NCBI GenBank assembly: GCA_025059595.1
Contig: JANXDI010000029.1
Span: forward strand, 157,561 to 221,560
Direction: 5' to 3'
Length of the DNA stretch: 64,000 nt
DNA from: Candidatus Calditenuaceae archaeon
GTDB lineage: Archaea > Thermoproteota > Nitrososphaeria_A > Caldarchaeales > Calditenuaceae
In this document: piece by piece, positions 27,095-38,665 of the stretch
How the letters are laid out: every line of letters begins with the position of its first letter
Position numbering within the stretch: the stretch's first letter is position 1
Translations under genes and position numbers: made by a program
Notes under the pieces: generated by a model
What the model saw: the letters and a program-made list of their open reading frames with translations, nothing else
Databases searched by the model: none
What the model was told of the DNA's origin: nothing

Positions 27095-27997
27095 ATGATT
27101 ATTTACTCTGTGAATCAGGAGGTAAGTATGCTTTCTGGCGTTCGAGAGACTGGTAGGGAGTGGGTTGCCTCTGTCATCCCTCCTCGAAGGGCTGGCTCGA
27201 GGAAGGGTGAGAATGGCGTCGTCTTGGTGATTGGCGGAAGCCGCCTTTATCATGGCGCGCCTTTCTTGACCGCGATGGCCTCGATGAGGTCGGGCGTCGA
27301 CCTCGTTTATTTGTTTGTGCCGGAGAAGGTTACGGCTCCTGTGAGGGCCTTATCCCCGAGCCTTATAGTTTATCCCTTGTCAGATGTTAAGCTGACTCGG
27401 CGGATAAGTGAGCAGATAGTCAAGAACGCCCCGCAGGCTGACACAGCGGCTATCGGCCCGGGGCTCGCCGTCGCAAACGAAGCCGCGTTGAAGAGGCTGC
27501 TTCAAGGCCTCTTAAGTAGGGGGTTAAGCCTTGTCCTCGACGCTTCGGCTCTCCAGCCCTACATTTTAGATACTGTCGGAGGAAAGGATGTGGTCTTAAC
27601 GCCTCACGCGGGCGAGTTCGCGAGGCTTTTTGGAAGGCCCCCCAGCGACCAGCTTGACGAGAGGTGCCGCTCTGCCATGGAGATGGCTGAGAAGCATGGC
27701 GTGACGATTTTATTGAAGGGCCAAGTTGATGTGATAACCAACGGGTCTGAAGTGTTCGTGAATAGAACTGGGACATGCGCCATGACGGTTGGAGGGACTG
27801 GAGATGTCCTAACTGGGCTGGTTGCGGGTCTGAGGGCGAAGAAGATGAAGGCTATAGAGGCTGCGGCGGCGGCCGCATTTATCAACGGTCTGTGTGGGGA
27901 GTTGGCCGCTGAGGAGCTTGGTCTTCATATACTTCCCACGGACCTAATCGACCTTATTCCACGCGTTATGAAGGAATTTGACAGAGTTGTTACTTAG
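27095..27997 (+). CDS. nnrD: ADP-dependent NAD(P)H-hydrate dehydratase (YjeF C-terminal domain)
   Basis: '[36 protein letters not shown]' and '[13 protein letters not shown]' motifs. Start may be Met12 (27128). Confidence 0.8.
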   Translation: MIIYSVNQEVSMLSGVRETGREWVASVIPPRRAGSRKGENGVVLVIGGSRLYHGAPFLTAMASMRSGVDLVYLFVPEKVTAPVRALSPSLIVYPLSDVKLTRRISEQIVKNAPQADTAAIGPGLAVANEAALKRLLQGLLSRGLSLVLDASALQPYILDTVGGKDVVLTPHAGEFARLFGRPPSDQLDERCRSAMEMAEKHGVTILLKGQVDVITNGSEVFVNRTGTCAMTVGGTGDVLTGLVAGLRAKKMKAIEAAAAAAFINGLCGELAAEELGLHILPTDLIDLIPRVMKEFDRVVT

Positions 27998-30030
27998 AGC
28001 CCTTGCCGCATCATTTTCTCCAGCTCATCCAGGCTTGTGGTTGGGAGTAAGCATTTGAACTCTCTACAGAAATAATATGTTGTCTCTCCCCTCATGGCCT
28101 CCTTCCCCTCCCAGAGGCTCTGAAGAGAATCAGACCTTCCCGCTGAGACCACGACGTATGGCTCGTAAATCTTCGAGGCGAGTCTACAGAGCTCAGGCCA
28201 AGGTTCACCTGAGGGAGCAACCACGAGTTGGCCACCCTTTCCGAGAACGAGCGGTAAAGCCGATATGAGAGATATATGACTCAAAGGGTCATATTGAATC
28301 GCTTGCCAAGCCCTCCTACAGGCGTCCCTCGACGTTTGGAGATACCTCTCTTCACCGGTCAACAGGTAGAGCCTAGATAGTAGCTGAACTGAGGCAGAGT
28401 AACCACTGGGATAGGAGTGGTCTTCAATCGTCATGGGCCGGACAGGAGTGTCGGAGTCGGGGGGCGTGTCGTAGAATCCGCCGGATTTCGAGGCGAATAA
28501 TTCGAGAATATCTGAGGCGAGACTTAACGCAGAGTCGAAATACTTTGTCTCTCCGCACCACTCATAAAGGTCCAAGAGCCCGCAGCCCAGAAGCGAGTAA
28601 TCTTCTAGAAGCCCCCCAGCCTCTGAAGGCCCATCCCTCCAATACCTTCTGAGCGAGCCCGGAGAATAGAGCTTCTTCAAAATGAAGTCTGCCACCCCCT
28701 TCGCCTCACTCATCAAGGCCCGGTCGTGGAGGATTGTAGCGGCATACGAGAGCCCACTTATCAATAGGCCGTTCCAGGAGACGATGACCTTGTCGTCAGC
28801 CTCAGGCTTCTGCTTCCCCGCTCTGATTTCCTTCAGCTTCAGGCTGACATGGTTAAGAGCCTCAATTAAGCTCATTCCAAGTGTATCGGCAAGTCTCTCG
28901 GGCTGGGCGGGGAGGCGAACTATGTTTAGGCCGCCCTCAAAGTTGCCTATCGGGCTGCATCCGAGAAGCCTCGCAACATCCTCCCCGAGTTCGGAGACAA
29001 TCTCATTCCAGCCATACAGGTAAAATCCTCCCTCAACACCTCCGCTCTCCGCGCTGAGCGAAGAGTAGCAACCCCCGTTGGGAGACTTAAGCTCAGAGAT
29101 TATCCAGCGCGAAGTATCCTCCAAAACGAGCCGGAATAATGGGTCTCTTGTCACCACCCAGGCCTCGGCGTAGAGCCTGACTAGCATCGCGTTGTCGTAA
29201 AGCATCTTCTCAAAGTGGGGGACAGACCAAGTGCTATCGACAGCATATCTGTGGAAGCCTCCGCCGGCGTGGTCGTATATTCCTCCAAGAAAAATCGATT
29301 TTAGTGTCTTCTCAACCATCCGGAGAGCGAGGCTCGGGCCTTGCAACTTCCAGTAACGTAGAAGAAACAGATATAGGCTCGGCATCGGGAATTTAGGGGC
29401 GCCTTTAACTCCTCCGAATTCCTCATCGAATGCTAGAACCAGCTGCTCATAGGCGTCACTCATCACATCGTAACTGAAATCCACCTCACCTTCACTCTTA
29501 ATCGCTAAGGACTTAATGATGGCCTCAAAGAGGCTGCTACCGCTATTCAGCACCTCCTCTCTCCTTTTCTCCCAGGCATCCTTCACCGCTAAGAGAACAT
29601 CCTTGAAGCTTGGCAGGTTTTGGCGGGGCTCGGGTGGGAAATAAGTGCCGCCGAAGAAGGGCTTCAAGTCCGGTGTGAGGAAGACCGTGAGAGGCCATCC
29701 TCCTTGACCAGTCATCAAAATCACAGCCCTCATGTAGATGCTGTCGATGTCTGGCCTCTCCTCCCTATCCACCTTCACAGATACAAAGTGCCTGTTCAAA
29801 ATGTCGCTGATGACTCTGCTCTTAAACGTCTCTCTCTGCATCACGTGACACCAGTGACACGACAAATATCCGATGCTGAGCATTATTGGCTTGTCCTCCT
29901 CCCTCGCCTTTCTGAACGCCTCCTCGCCCCAAGGATACCAATCAACAGGGTCATCTGCGTGAAGTCTGAGATACGGACTCTTACTCGCCGCCAGCCTGTT
30001 TAAGCCACTACGGGGAGAGTCTCGAGACAT
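27994..30030 (-). CDS. Thioredoxin-domain protein, DUF255/YyaL family (Trx + six-hairpin glycosidase-like domain)
   Basis: '[52 protein letters not shown]' is the DUF255 N-terminal signature. Start set at MSRDSP…. The track's 48-aa upstream extension is unsupported. Confidence 0.75.
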   Translation of the reverse strand: MSRDSPRSGLNRLAASKSPYLRLHADDPVDWYPWGEEAFRKAREEDKPIMLSIGYLSCHWCHVMQRETFKSRVISDILNRHFVSVKVDREERPDIDSIYMRAVILMTGQGGWPLTVFLTPDLKPFFGGTYFPPEPRQNLPSFKDVLLAVKDAWEKRREEVLNSGSSLFEAIIKSLAIKSEGEVDFSYDVMSDAYEQLVLAFDEEFGGVKGAPKFPMPSLYLFLLRYWKLQGPSLALRMVEKTLKSIFLGGIYDHAGGGFHRYAVDSTWSVPHFEKMLYDNAMLVRLYAEAWVVTRDPLFRLVLEDTSRWIISELKSPNGGCYSSLSAESGGVEGGFYLYGWNEIVSELGEDVARLLGCSPIGNFEGGLNIVRLPAQPERLADTLGMSLIEALNHVSLKLKEIRAGKQKPEADDKVIVSWNGLLISGLSYAATILHDRALMSEAKGVADFILKKLYSPGSLRRYWRDGPSEAGGLLEDYSLLGCGLLDLYEWCGETKYFDSALSLASDILELFASKSGGFYDTPPDSDTPVRPMTIEDHSYPSGYSASVQLLSRLYLLTGEERYLQTSRDACRRAWQAIQYDPLSHISLISALPLVLGKGGQLVVAPSGEPWPELCRLASKIYEPYVVVSAGRSDSLQSLWEGKEAMRGETTYYFCREFKCLLPTTSLDELEKMMRQGL

Positions 30031-30098
30031 GCTGCCTGGTCTAGAGTTGTGATAACTTATTAAACTCTCCAGAGCAGAATAATCCCGGGTAGCTCCCG

Positions 30099-30647
30099 AT
30101 GACTGAGATTCACGGCTACGTTTCCAGCATGAAGCCGAAGATAGCTCGGAAGACAATTGTTCTACAAATCTCAATCTCGACGCTCGGGGGCGAGGGCTTT
30201 GAGGCGCTTGTTCACGACCCCCCGGACTGGTTGGATTTCGGGTCCAGAGTAACCTGTAGCCTCGAGCGAATACGTGAGAGAGAGGGGGAGATTTGCGTCG
30301 CAGACGACTTGAAGCCGTCGACCATGCTTCCCGACACGGTTCATGTTGAGCTCTTGGTCGAGTCGGTAAGAGAGACGCCAGACGGCCATGTCATGCTGGA
30401 GGGTAGGAGGGAAGACGGAGGCCTCTTCAGCTACCTGCTGAAGCCAGAGAACGCGAACACTACTGGGGTTAGTCCGCCTTACCGCGCTGTTGCAATAAAG
30501 ACCCACCAGAGAGGAATCGACCGGGTGGTGGCCGTCCTTCCGCTCAAAAACTACCAAATATTGAAAAGGACAAAAGAGTTCATCCTCAGGCTGAAAGAAA
30601 ATGAAGAAAAAAGGCCCGAGCTAGACTTTCTTCAAGAAGCCCCATGA
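30099..30647 (+). CDS. Hypothetical protein
   Basis: 182-aa ORF with protein-like composition in a divergent spacer. Preferred over the fully overlapping antisense ORF 30171..30557. No recognisable motifs. Confidence 0.3.
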   Translation: MTEIHGYVSSMKPKIARKTIVLQISISTLGGEGFEALVHDPPDWLDFGSRVTCSLERIREREGEICVADDLKPSTMLPDTVHVELLVESVRETPDGHVMLEGRREDGGLFSYLLKPENANTTGVSPPYRAVAIKTHQRGIDRVVAVLPLKNYQILKRTKEFILRLKENEEKRPELDFLQEAP

Positions 30648-30702
30648 GTCCGAAGCCGGACATGATGTAAAGTTTTAGTAATCCGCGAGCACTCTTTTTA
30701 AT

Positions 30703-31026
30703 ATGCTGGTCAGAGTCTGTAGCCTAAAGGACGTGCCTGAGAACGGTATGATCAGAGTGGACCTGAAAGGGAAAGAGCTTCTCGTTGCAAGGATCGGCGA
30801 AAGAGTTTACGTTGCCGACGTCTGGTGCACACACGAGGAGGGGGACCTGAGCCTTGGCCTGCTCGAGGGTGATGTGGTTATGTGTCCACTTCATAGGGCT
30901 AGGTTTAAGCTCTCGGATGGCGGCGTTTTGGAGGGGCCGGATGGTGAGCCTCCCGAGTCGATTCCGCGGCTAAGAACCTACACCGTCAAAATACAGGGCG
31001 TTGACATCTACATAGAGGAGCCTTGA
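30703..31026 (+). CDS. Small Rieske [2Fe-2S] ferredoxin-like protein
   Basis: 107 aa. Rieske ligand boxes 'CTHEEGDL' and 'CPLHRARF' (C-x-H … C-x-x-H). Confidence 0.65.
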   Translation: MLVRVCSLKDVPENGMIRVDLKGKELLVARIGERVYVADVWCTHEEGDLSLGLLEGDVVMCPLHRARFKLSDGGVLEGPDGEPPESIPRLRTYTVKIQGVDIYIEEP

Positions 31027-31079
31027 CCTCTGAGCAGAGAATATAAGGGCGGGGTCGGTAAGCAAAACCTATAATAACC

Positions 31080-32723
31080 GTGCAAACTATTTTCTTTGTG
31101 CCGAAATACATCTTCGTCACGGGAGGCGTTGTCTCATCGGTCGGTAAGGGAACAGTTGCCGCCTCTATAGGTAAGATACTACAGTCTAAGGGGTATAGCG
31201 TCGATTTCCTGAAAATAGACCCCTACGTGAACGTTGACGCTGGAACTCTGAACCCCTACAGCCACGGAGAAGTCTTCGTCACAGACGACGGAGGAGAGAC
31301 CGACCTAGACCTCGGATGGTATGAGAGGTTCTTAGATATTCCGATGAGCAGGTTGAACAACCTCACGACAGGGCAAGTCTTCCAAGAGGTAATTAGAAGG
31401 GAGAGGGCGGGAGAATATCTCGGCCAGTGCGTCCAAATAGTCACGCATGTCACCGACGAGATTAAGCGGAGAATCAAGATGGTGGCAGATAGGAGAGGGG
31501 CCGATATAGTGATAGTCGAAATTGGTGGGACTGTGGGGGACATAGAGGGGCAGCCGTTTTACGAGGCGGCGAGGCAGATGAAGCTGGAGGAGGAGACCCT
31601 CTTCGTCCATGTATCACTCGTAATATATCTCAAGACAACCGGCGAGTTCAAGACGAAGGCACTGCAACACAGCGTAAACGAGCTCAGGAGGGCCGGCATT
31701 CAGCCCGACATCATAGTGGCTAGGAGTGAGAGGATGATAGACGAAACGACGAAAAGGAAGATAGCACTCTTTGGCACTCTTCCGAAGGAGGCCGTCTTCT
31801 GCTCATACGATACCGACGTCATCTATGAGGTCCCCCTCATTCTCAGCGAGCAGGGACTCGGAGAATACGTAGTGGAGCATTTATCTCTCAAAGGCGGCAA
31901 ACCAGACCTCAGCGAGTGGCGCAAAATAGTTGAGACGTTCAAGTCCAATGGCCCTCTCGTTAAGATTGCAGTCTGTGGAAAATACACATCGCTGACAGAC
32001 TCATACATTAGCATAAAGGAGGCCCTCAAACACGCTGCCGCTCATGAAAATGCGCGGCTTGAAATATTGTGGGTAGATGCGGAGAAGGTTGAACGCGGCG
32101 ACCTCTCCGAATTCTCTATGCTCGAGGAGGCGGATGGGATATTAGTCCCCGGCGGATTCGGTAAAAGAGGGTCTGAAGGCAAGATTACGGCGATAAACTT
32201 TGCAAGAACTAGGAACAAACCCTTCTTGGGAATCTGCTTCGGCCTCCAGTTGGCAGTTGTTGAATTCGCTAGGAATGTTCTGGGCTTGAAGGACGCCAAT
32301 TCAACCGAGCATGACCCCGAGACGCCGCATCCAGTCATAGACCTCATGCCGGAGCAGCTTGATGTAGAGCAGAAGGGAGGGACCATGCGGCTTGGCTCTC
32401 TCCCGATAACAGTTAAGGAGGGCACGTTAGCTTACAGCCTTTACAACTCGAGCATCGTCCACAAGAGGCACAGGCACAGATATGAAGTAAACCCTGCATA
32501 CCATGAAAGGCTGAATAGAGCCGGCCTCCTCTTCTCCGGCATGTCACCTGATAAAAGGCGTGTGGAGATAATCGAGCTTCCAGACAAAAAATATTTCATA
32601 GCCACACAGTATCATCCAGAGTTCATGTCCCGGCCAGGTAAGCCTGAGCCTGTTTTCCGGGGATTAATCGCCGCCGCCCTCGCTGAGGTTAAAATTAAGG
32701 CTATGAAAGTGAAGGCTTCATGA
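31080..32723 (+). CDS. pyrG: CTP synthase
   Basis: '[23 protein letters not shown]' synthetase N-terminus. Type-1 glutamine amidotransferase C-terminus 'GICFGLQ'. Confidence 0.9.
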   Translation: MQTIFFVPKYIFVTGGVVSSVGKGTVAASIGKILQSKGYSVDFLKIDPYVNVDAGTLNPYSHGEVFVTDDGGETDLDLGWYERFLDIPMSRLNNLTTGQVFQEVIRRERAGEYLGQCVQIVTHVTDEIKRRIKMVADRRGADIVIVEIGGTVGDIEGQPFYEAARQMKLEEETLFVHVSLVIYLKTTGEFKTKALQHSVNELRRAGIQPDIIVARSERMIDETTKRKIALFGTLPKEAVFCSYDTDVIYEVPLILSEQGLGEYVVEHLSLKGGKPDLSEWRKIVETFKSNGPLVKIAVCGKYTSLTDSYISIKEALKHAAAHENARLEILWVDAEKVERGDLSEFSMLEEADGILVPGGFGKRGSEGKITAINFARTRNKPFLGICFGLQLAVVEFARNVLGLKDANSTEHDPETPHPVIDLMPEQLDVEQKGGTMRLGSLPITVKEGTLAYSLYNSSIVHKRHRHRYEVNPAYHERLNRAGLLFSGMSPDKRRVEIIELPDKKYFIATQYHPEFMSRPGKPEPVFRGLIAAALAEVKIKAMKVKAS

Positions 32724-33451
32724 GCGAGGTGCAGCTCGTAGACGCCCACTGCCACGTCCACGAATATGATGAGGAGGAGATAAGGAGCTTTGGAAACATA
32801 AGGATCGCCGGCGTAGCTATGGATTTGGAGTCGTCCGGGGTGACTCTTGAGTTGGCGAAGAAGTTTGGGAACATAGACCCTTTCGTGGGTCTGCATCCCT
32901 GGAATCTTCATAAGAACGTGGATAAGCTTGAGCAGATTAAGACCCTAGCTGTTACGAGCGGTGTAGCGGGTTTGGGTGAGGTTGGAGTCGATGTGAGGTT
33001 TGCGAAGGCCTCTTTTAAGGAGCAGCTAAATATTTTCAAGGAGATATGTGGTTTAGCTGTTGAGCATGGCCTACCACTAAACGTCCACGCTCTGGGTGGC
33101 TGGGATGATGTGTTGAATATCTGTGTGAGACTTGGAGTCAAGTCTCTGCTACTGCACTGGTATACGGGCCCTGTGGGGCTTCTGAAGGTGATTAGGGATG
33201 CCGGATACTTCATCTCGATTAATCCTGCGATAGTCATTCAGCAGAAGCAAATGCAGATTCTCCGCGAGGCCGACATAAACGTAATACTTACAGAAAGCGA
33301 CGGCCCATACAGCTACCGGGGTTTAAACCTCAGCCCCAGAAGCCTACCCAACCTAGTCCAGCTAATCTCTGAGGTGAAGAACCTGACCTTGGAGGAGACG
33401 TCCAGAATAATCTATGACAATTATCTAAGGTTTCTTCAGGCGTCCCGCTGA
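32720..33451 (+). CDS. tatD: TatD-family metal-dependent hydrolase/DNase
   Basis: 'VDAHCHV', 'LHWYTG' and 'TESDGPY' motifs. Start overlaps the pyrG stop (ATGA). Confidence 0.8.
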   Translation: MSEVQLVDAHCHVHEYDEEEIRSFGNIRIAGVAMDLESSGVTLELAKKFGNIDPFVGLHPWNLHKNVDKLEQIKTLAVTSGVAGLGEVGVDVRFAKASFKEQLNIFKEICGLAVEHGLPLNVHALGGWDDVLNICVRLGVKSLLLHWYTGPVGLLKVIRDAGYFISINPAIVIQQKQMQILREADINVILTESDGPYSYRGLNLSPRSLPNLVQLISEVKNLTLEETSRIIYDNYLRFLQASR

Positions 33452-34345
33452 TTCAGAGATTTTATGACCTGCAAGCTCCTCTATAACCGTTGCGAGCGCT
33501 TGTGTTCCAAGCGACCCTCTGCCACGCGCGACCAGAGACTTCATAAGCTGATGAACGAGTGCTACCCCCGGGAGAGGAAGGGAAAGCTCCTGGGCGACTT
33601 CGAGAGTTATCCTGAGGTCTTTTGAGAGGTGCTCAGCCTTGAATCCGGGCCTGTAGTCCCCCTCAACGATTTTGGGGCCCAAGTTCGAGAGCTGCCACGA
33701 GGCTCCGGCCCCGGATGAGATTACATCCATGACCTTGTTTAAGTCTAGGCCGGCTTTCGAGGCAAGCAGGAGCGCCTCACAGGCCCCGAGCAGAGAAAGG
33801 GATACTGATACTTGGTTGCACAGTTTAGTAAGTTGCCCGGAGCCGCTAGGACCCATATATACTACCTTCTGACCCAGAAGAGATAAAATCGGCTCAGCCC
33901 TCTCAAATGCATCAAAATCTCCGCCAACCATTATCACGAGAGTGCCGCGCTCAGCTCCTATCGTTCCACCGGTAACAGGTGCATCCAGATACTCAACGCC
34001 CTTCTGCGTGAAGACCTCATAAATCTCCCTCTCAACCGAGGGCGAGATTGTTGACATGTCAATTACTATGGAGCCCTTCGGTGCACCCTGCAAAACCCCC
34101 TTCTCCCCCAGAGCAACGTCCTTTACGTCGCGCGAGTCCGGAAGCATCAAAATTGTATAGTCTGCCCCCTCCGCTGCCCTCTGAGGCGAGGACGCTTCCT
34201 CTGCGCCGAGCCTGACGAGCTCATCTACGGGCGGCTTACTTCTGTTGAAGACCCTGAGCTGGTGCCCTGCATTTAGCAGTCTCTTAGCCATGGGCCTCCC
34301 CATTAACCCTAGGCCGATGAAGCCTATTCTCGCCACGGCCGGCAT
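33425..34345 (-). CDS. NAD(P)-dependent 3-hydroxyisobutyrate / 2-hydroxy-3-oxopropionate reductase family dehydrogenase
   Basis: Rossmann 'IGFIGLGLMGRPMAKRL'. 6-PGDH-like C-terminal domain. Confidence 0.8.
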   Translation of the reverse strand: MPAVARIGFIGLGLMGRPMAKRLLNAGHQLRVFNRSKPPVDELVRLGAEEASSPQRAAEGADYTILMLPDSRDVKDVALGEKGVLQGAPKGSIVIDMSTISPSVEREIYEVFTQKGVEYLDAPVTGGTIGAERGTLVIMVGGDFDAFERAEPILSLLGQKVVYMGPSGSGQLTKLCNQVSVSLSLLGACEALLLASKAGLDLNKVMDVISSGAGASWQLSNLGPKIVEGDYRPGFKAEHLSKDLRITLEVAQELSLPLPGVALVHQLMKSLVARGRGSLGTQALATVIEELAGHKISESAGRLKKP

Positions 34346-34383
34346 GGAGCTTCACGTGATTATTAATATGTTGTGGATGTTTT

Positions 34384-34896
34384 ATGTTACGGCCTTTGAG
34401 GGGAGCAATAATACACTCGATAGATTCTTGGCTGGGGCGGATCGAGATAGCAGTCGTTGGTGAGCATCTCGTCTATGTTGGGATAGGTCTCGGCGGTGCC
34501 GCGAGTTTCCTTGGTCGTGTTAGACTTCGAGATTCTGCGTCTGCGTTCGACAGGGTTTTGATTGAAGAGGCGGAGGCCCAGCTGACAGAGTATCTACATG
34601 GGGAGCGTAGAGTCTTCACTCTTCCTTTAAAGTTTCTCGGAACCTTTTTCCAGACTAAGGTCTGGCTAAAGACAATGGAGATTCCATACGGCGAGACAAG
34701 GAGCTACTCATGGGTTGCAGGTGAGATTGGCTCCAACTCGCCACGGCCGGTCGGCGGTGCTCTTGCGGCAAACCATCTGATGATTATTGTCCCATGCCAC
34801 AGGGTGGTTGGCGCACACGGTAAGCTGGGGGGATTCTCGGCGGGAATGTCTGTCAAGAAGAGGCTACTGGAGCACGAGGCTAGGTACTCCTGCTGA
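34384..34896 (+). CDS. ogt: Methylated-DNA-protein-cysteine methyltransferase
   Basis: Active-site 'IVPCHRVV' (PCHR) and 'YGETRSYSWVA' HTH region. Confidence 0.8.
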   Translation: MLRPLRGAIIHSIDSWLGRIEIAVVGEHLVYVGIGLGGAASFLGRVRLRDSASAFDRVLIEEAEAQLTEYLHGERRVFTLPLKFLGTFFQTKVWLKTMEIPYGETRSYSWVAGEIGSNSPRPVGGALAANHLMIIVPCHRVVGAHGKLGGFSAGMSVKKRLLEHEARYSC

Positions 34897-34944
34897 AACG
34901 GGCCCCGATAAAACTAAATCGGCCCAAATGCGCTGAAAGTTAGA

Positions 34945-36522
34945 GTGTCGAGGCACATAAAGCTGCCGGCCGCGGAGGGTGAGCATATCGAGTTCAAGGA
35001 GAGGCTCATCCCCTTTGTTCACCTGAAGCCCGAGAGGAGGCAGCAGCTTGGGACTCAGCTCAAGTCTCACCTAATGGAGGGCGAGGGTGTAGCGGTCTAC
35101 CTTTTGGGCGTCAGCGATGACGGAGTGGTGGTTGGGCTGAGCGAGTATGAGATGGAGATGAGTCTCTCAGTTCTGTCGACGGTCGCGGCTGAGAGCGGCG
35201 CTAGGATTAGGAGGGTTGAGAGGTTTGAGACTGAGAAGGGCCTTATCGCTAGGGTCGTAATAGAGTCTCTCCCGACGTTGGCCAAGCCTCACATCACTCT
35301 GGCTGTGGCAGGTCATGTTAATCATGGTAAATCGACGCTCATAGCGTGTCTTCTCACCAATCAGCCGGATGACGGGAAGAAGTGGCTCTACTTGGATACG
35401 CTCCCCCACGAGGTTGAGAGAAACCTCTCAGCGGACATTCACCTCGCAGTGCTGGGCCTCAAGAACGGCAGACCAGTCGAGATGAGTAACCCCCTTGACA
35501 AGCTGGAGCGTGCGAGAGTCGTTGAGGAGAGCGAGAAGCTAATCAGCTTCGTCGACACAGTCGGGCACGAGCCTTGGCTCAGAACAACCATCAGAGGCCT
35601 CGTTGGACAGGAGGTAGACTACGGAATCTTAGTCGTCGCAGCAGATGACGGAGTCACACACCTAACCCGGGAGCACCTGGGGATAATGCTAGGGCTTGGA
35701 ATACCTGTCATAGTCTGCGTTACGAAGAAGGATAAGGTGGCGCCATCAAGGGTTGTTGAGGTTCGGGAGAGCGTCTCTCAGCTTTTAAAGAGGGTTGGAA
35801 GAGTCCCCTTCCTCATACGCGAAAACTCTGACATCGACATAGTCTTCGACAAGCTGGGACTCGTGGTGCCTATTCTGGAGGTCTCAGCCAGAACGCTTGA
35901 GGGGTTCGAAAACCTCTACAGGCTGCTGACGCTTCTGCCGCAGAGGGAGAGGCCTCTCGACAAGCCTCTCCTACTCTACATCGACAGGATATACGATATT
36001 GAGGGTGTGGGTAGCGTCGTCTCAGGCACGGTCAGGCAGGGCAGACTGAGAGCAGGCTCTGACCTACTCCTCGGCCCCTATCCCGACGGAGGGTTTAAAA
36101 AAGTGAAGGCGAGGAGCATAGAGATTCATCACGCCCGCGTAGAGGAAGCTGTCGCCGGATACGTTGTAGGTGTTGCGGTGAGAGGCGTACCACACAGCGA
36201 AATACGGAGGGGGATGGTTCTCTGCGACGAGGAGCTCTCACCCCGCGCCGTCTGGAGATTCGAGGCGGAGGTTTTGGTTCTAAACAATCCAAGCAGATTT
36301 GCACCCGGCTACGAGCCGGTCATGCAGTGCCACACAATCTCACAGAGCGTAAAGATTCTGGAGCTCGACAGAGAATACGTTAAGCCCGGTGAGCAAGGTA
36401 GCGCCATTTTAGAGTTCAAATACACCCCCATGCTTGTCCAGCCTCAAGACCGGTTTGTTCTTCGGGAAGGACGGACTAAAGGTATAGGAGTGATTAGGAG
36501 AATTTTGAAGTATGCTGGATGA
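34945..36522 (+). CDS. GTPBP1-family translational GTPase (EF-Tu-like G domain + β-barrel domains)
   Basis: G1 'AGHVNHGKSTL', G3 'DTVGHE', G4 'TKKD'. About 100-aa N-terminal extension as in archaeal GTPBP1 homologues. Confidence 0.7.
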   Translation: MSRHIKLPAAEGEHIEFKERLIPFVHLKPERRQQLGTQLKSHLMEGEGVAVYLLGVSDDGVVVGLSEYEMEMSLSVLSTVAAESGARIRRVERFETEKGLIARVVIESLPTLAKPHITLAVAGHVNHGKSTLIACLLTNQPDDGKKWLYLDTLPHEVERNLSADIHLAVLGLKNGRPVEMSNPLDKLERARVVEESEKLISFVDTVGHEPWLRTTIRGLVGQEVDYGILVVAADDGVTHLTREHLGIMLGLGIPVIVCVTKKDKVAPSRVVEVRESVSQLLKRVGRVPFLIRENSDIDIVFDKLGLVVPILEVSARTLEGFENLYRLLTLLPQRERPLDKPLLLYIDRIYDIEGVGSVVSGTVRQGRLRAGSDLLLGPYPDGGFKKVKARSIEIHHARVEEAVAGYVVGVAVRGVPHSEIRRGMVLCDEELSPRAVWRFEAEVLVLNNPSRFAPGYEPVMQCHTISQSVKILELDREYVKPGEQGSAILEFKYTPMLVQPQDRFVLREGRTKGIGVIRRILKYAG

Positions 36523-37561
36523 ACGAAGCGTGAGGTGCTTAGGGGTATCCGTCGCGTCGGGTTCTGCTGAGAAGCTGCAGAGAGCTTTGAAAAGTGCGGA
36601 GCTTCTCGAAACATCACTTCACCCCTTCAGAAGCGGAGGACGGATTGTTTTCCCTGTCAAGGCTCCAGTCCCTGAATCAATTCTCAGAGAGGTAGAAGCT
36701 GTGCTGGTTGAGGAGGAGTTTATCGAGCGGCGTAGATGTCCGAGAAGCATTAGGGAGGCCCTCTCAACGGTGCTTCCCCCAGAACTCCTCGCGGAGCTAC
36801 CATCCTCTTACGACATCATAGGCGACATCGCAGTGGTCCACATCCCCCCGACTCTAGAGCCCTACGCGAGTCTGATTGGCGAGGCGATAATGCGGGTTAA
36901 CCAATCAATAAAATCTGTCTGGGGGGAGGCCGGCGCTGTGGAGGGCATTTTTAGGACGCGGAGGCTTGTGCACCTTACTGGAGAGAACCGGACTTTCACG
37001 ATTCACAGAGAGAACGGGTGTATTTTTCAGGTGGATTTGCGGAAGGTTTACTTTACTCCGAGGCTTTCCGGTGAGAGGATGAGGATAGCCTCTCTGACAA
37101 GTAAGGAGGAGACTGTCGCTGACATGTTCGCTGGTGTGGGGCCCTTCTCCATCACGATAGCGAGGCATTCTAGAGCCAGGGTCTATGCGGCGGAGATTAA
37201 TCCAGACGCCTATGCTCTGCTTGTGGAAAACATTAGGCTTAACAAAGTCGAAGACCGAGTGACCCCGCTTTTCGGGGACTCGAGAATGGTCTTATCCGAG
37301 AGACAAGTATTAGCAGACAGAATAATCATGAACTATCCCTCCAACCCCTTTGGATTCCTTGAGGCAGCCCTCAAAATCCTTCCCGGACGCGGCACGATAC
37401 ACCTTTACGGCTTCACCGAGAGCCTAGACAAGTTGAGGATTGAGGTCTTGGAGAGTCTGGCAAACATGGGGGCATCGGGCGACGTCTCCGTGAAAAAACT
37501 TAGGCCGGTTTCACCTCGGAAATTTCTTGCAGCCGCGGACATCGCCGTCAAGTCACGCTGA
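36512..37561 (+). CDS. trm5: tRNA (guanine37-N1)-methyltransferase Trm5 / TYW2 family (class I SAM MTase)
   Basis: '[11 protein letters not shown]' SAM motif and 'EINPDA'. Overlaps the upstream GTPase by 11 nt. Confidence 0.75.
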   Translation: MLDERSVRCLGVSVASGSAEKLQRALKSAELLETSLHPFRSGGRIVFPVKAPVPESILREVEAVLVEEEFIERRRCPRSIREALSTVLPPELLAELPSSYDIIGDIAVVHIPPTLEPYASLIGEAIMRVNQSIKSVWGEAGAVEGIFRTRRLVHLTGENRTFTIHRENGCIFQVDLRKVYFTPRLSGERMRIASLTSKEETVADMFAGVGPFSITIARHSRARVYAAEINPDAYALLVENIRLNKVEDRVTPLFGDSRMVLSERQVLADRIIMNYPSNPFGFLEAALKILPGRGTIHLYGFTESLDKLRIEVLESLANMGASGDVSVKKLRPVSPRKFLAAADIAVKSR

Positions 37562-37620
37562 ACTCCTCATTCGGGGAAAGATTTATCCACCGAGGAGAGG
37601 AGGTAATACTTAGATTAGGG

Positions 37621-38658
37621 TTGGGCGTAAAGCTTGGAGACATTATTCCGCCCGAGTCAGTCCAGACCGTCCAGCTAAGCGACCTCTCAGGCAAAGCCAT
37701 AGCCATAGACGGATACAACATACTCTACCAATTCCTCTCAACGATTAGGGGCCCAGATGGAAGACCCCTCCAAGACAGGAAGGGGCGCGTCACAAGCCAC
37801 CTAAGCGGCCTCTTCTTCAGAACCATCAACTTCCTAAAGAGCGGAATTAAAGTGGTCTATGTCTTCGACGGTCAGCCACCCCAACTCAAGATAGAGACGG
37901 TTAGGAAGAGGATTGAGTTAAGAGAAAAAGCCAAGAAAATGTATGAGGAAGCGCTAGCCGCCGGCGAGGTCGCGGAGGCGCGTAAATACGCAGCACAAGC
38001 CGCTACTCTCGAGAAATACATGGTCGAAACAGCCATCCGTCTTCTGGACTCTTTGGGAGTCCCCTCAATTATCGCTCCCTCTGAGGGTGAGGCGCAGGCC
38101 GCATACATGGCTATGCGAGGTGACGCATGGGCCTCTGCCTCGCAGGACTTCGACTCAATACTCTTCGGGACGCCCAGGCTTGTGAGGAACCTCTCTATAG
38201 TTGGTCGGAGGAAACTTCCACGTAAAGATGTCTACATAACCGTCGAGCCGGAGGTTGTTTACACCGATAAGCTGTTCCAGTCGCTCGGCGTCGGAAGGAA
38301 GGAGCTGGTTGATATGGCGATACTTATAGGAACTGACTACTTTGACGGTGTCAAGGGGATTGGGCCGAAGAGGGCTTACGAGCTGATTAAAGAGCATGGC
38401 GCGGTTGAGAAGGTTCTCGAGGCCATAAACAAGACTGTTGAGGTGGACGTAGAAGCTGTGAGGAAGTTATTCCTCGAACCTGAGGTGAAGAAGGACTACA
38501 AGCTAGTTTGGCGTGACCTTAACAGGGAAGCTGTACTCAAACTTCTCTGTGATGAACACGACTTCTCCCCCGAGCGAGTGGAGAAAGAGATTAACGAACT
38601 TGAGGCAGTTGTTTCCGAGAAGAGGAAGGAGACCTCTCTCGACCGCTGGCTTTCATGA
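37621..38658 (+). CDS. fen: Flap endonuclease FEN-1
   Basis: 'KAIAIDGYNILYQFL', 'VFDGQPPQLK', 'SEGEAQAAYM', 'DSILFGTPRLVRNL'. Confidence 0.9.
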   Translation: MGVKLGDIIPPESVQTVQLSDLSGKAIAIDGYNILYQFLSTIRGPDGRPLQDRKGRVTSHLSGLFFRTINFLKSGIKVVYVFDGQPPQLKIETVRKRIELREKAKKMYEEALAAGEVAEARKYAAQAATLEKYMVETAIRLLDSLGVPSIIAPSEGEAQAAYMAMRGDAWASASQDFDSILFGTPRLVRNLSIVGRRKLPRKDVYITVEPEVVYTDKLFQSLGVGRKELVDMAILIGTDYFDGVKGIGPKRAYELIKEHGAVEKVLEAINKTVEVDVEAVRKLFLEPEVKKDYKLVWRDLNREAVLKLLCDEHDFSPERVEKEINELEAVVSEKRKETSLDRWLS

Positions 38659-38665
38659 AGTCGAG

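Noticed and set aside
30031-30174. 48-aa N-terminal extension ([13 protein letters not shown]…) of the DUF255 thioredoxin ORF
   Set aside because: DUF255 proteins start near the 'SPYL…HA.NPV.W' block. The extension is low-complexity and would overlap the divergent gene's promoter and ORF.
30171-30557. 128-aa minus-strand ORF overlapping the 30099..30647 plus-strand ORF
   Set aside because: The two are mutually exclusive. The plus-strand ORF has more protein-like composition and a sensible divergent promoter spacer. Neither has homology support, so the rejection is weak.
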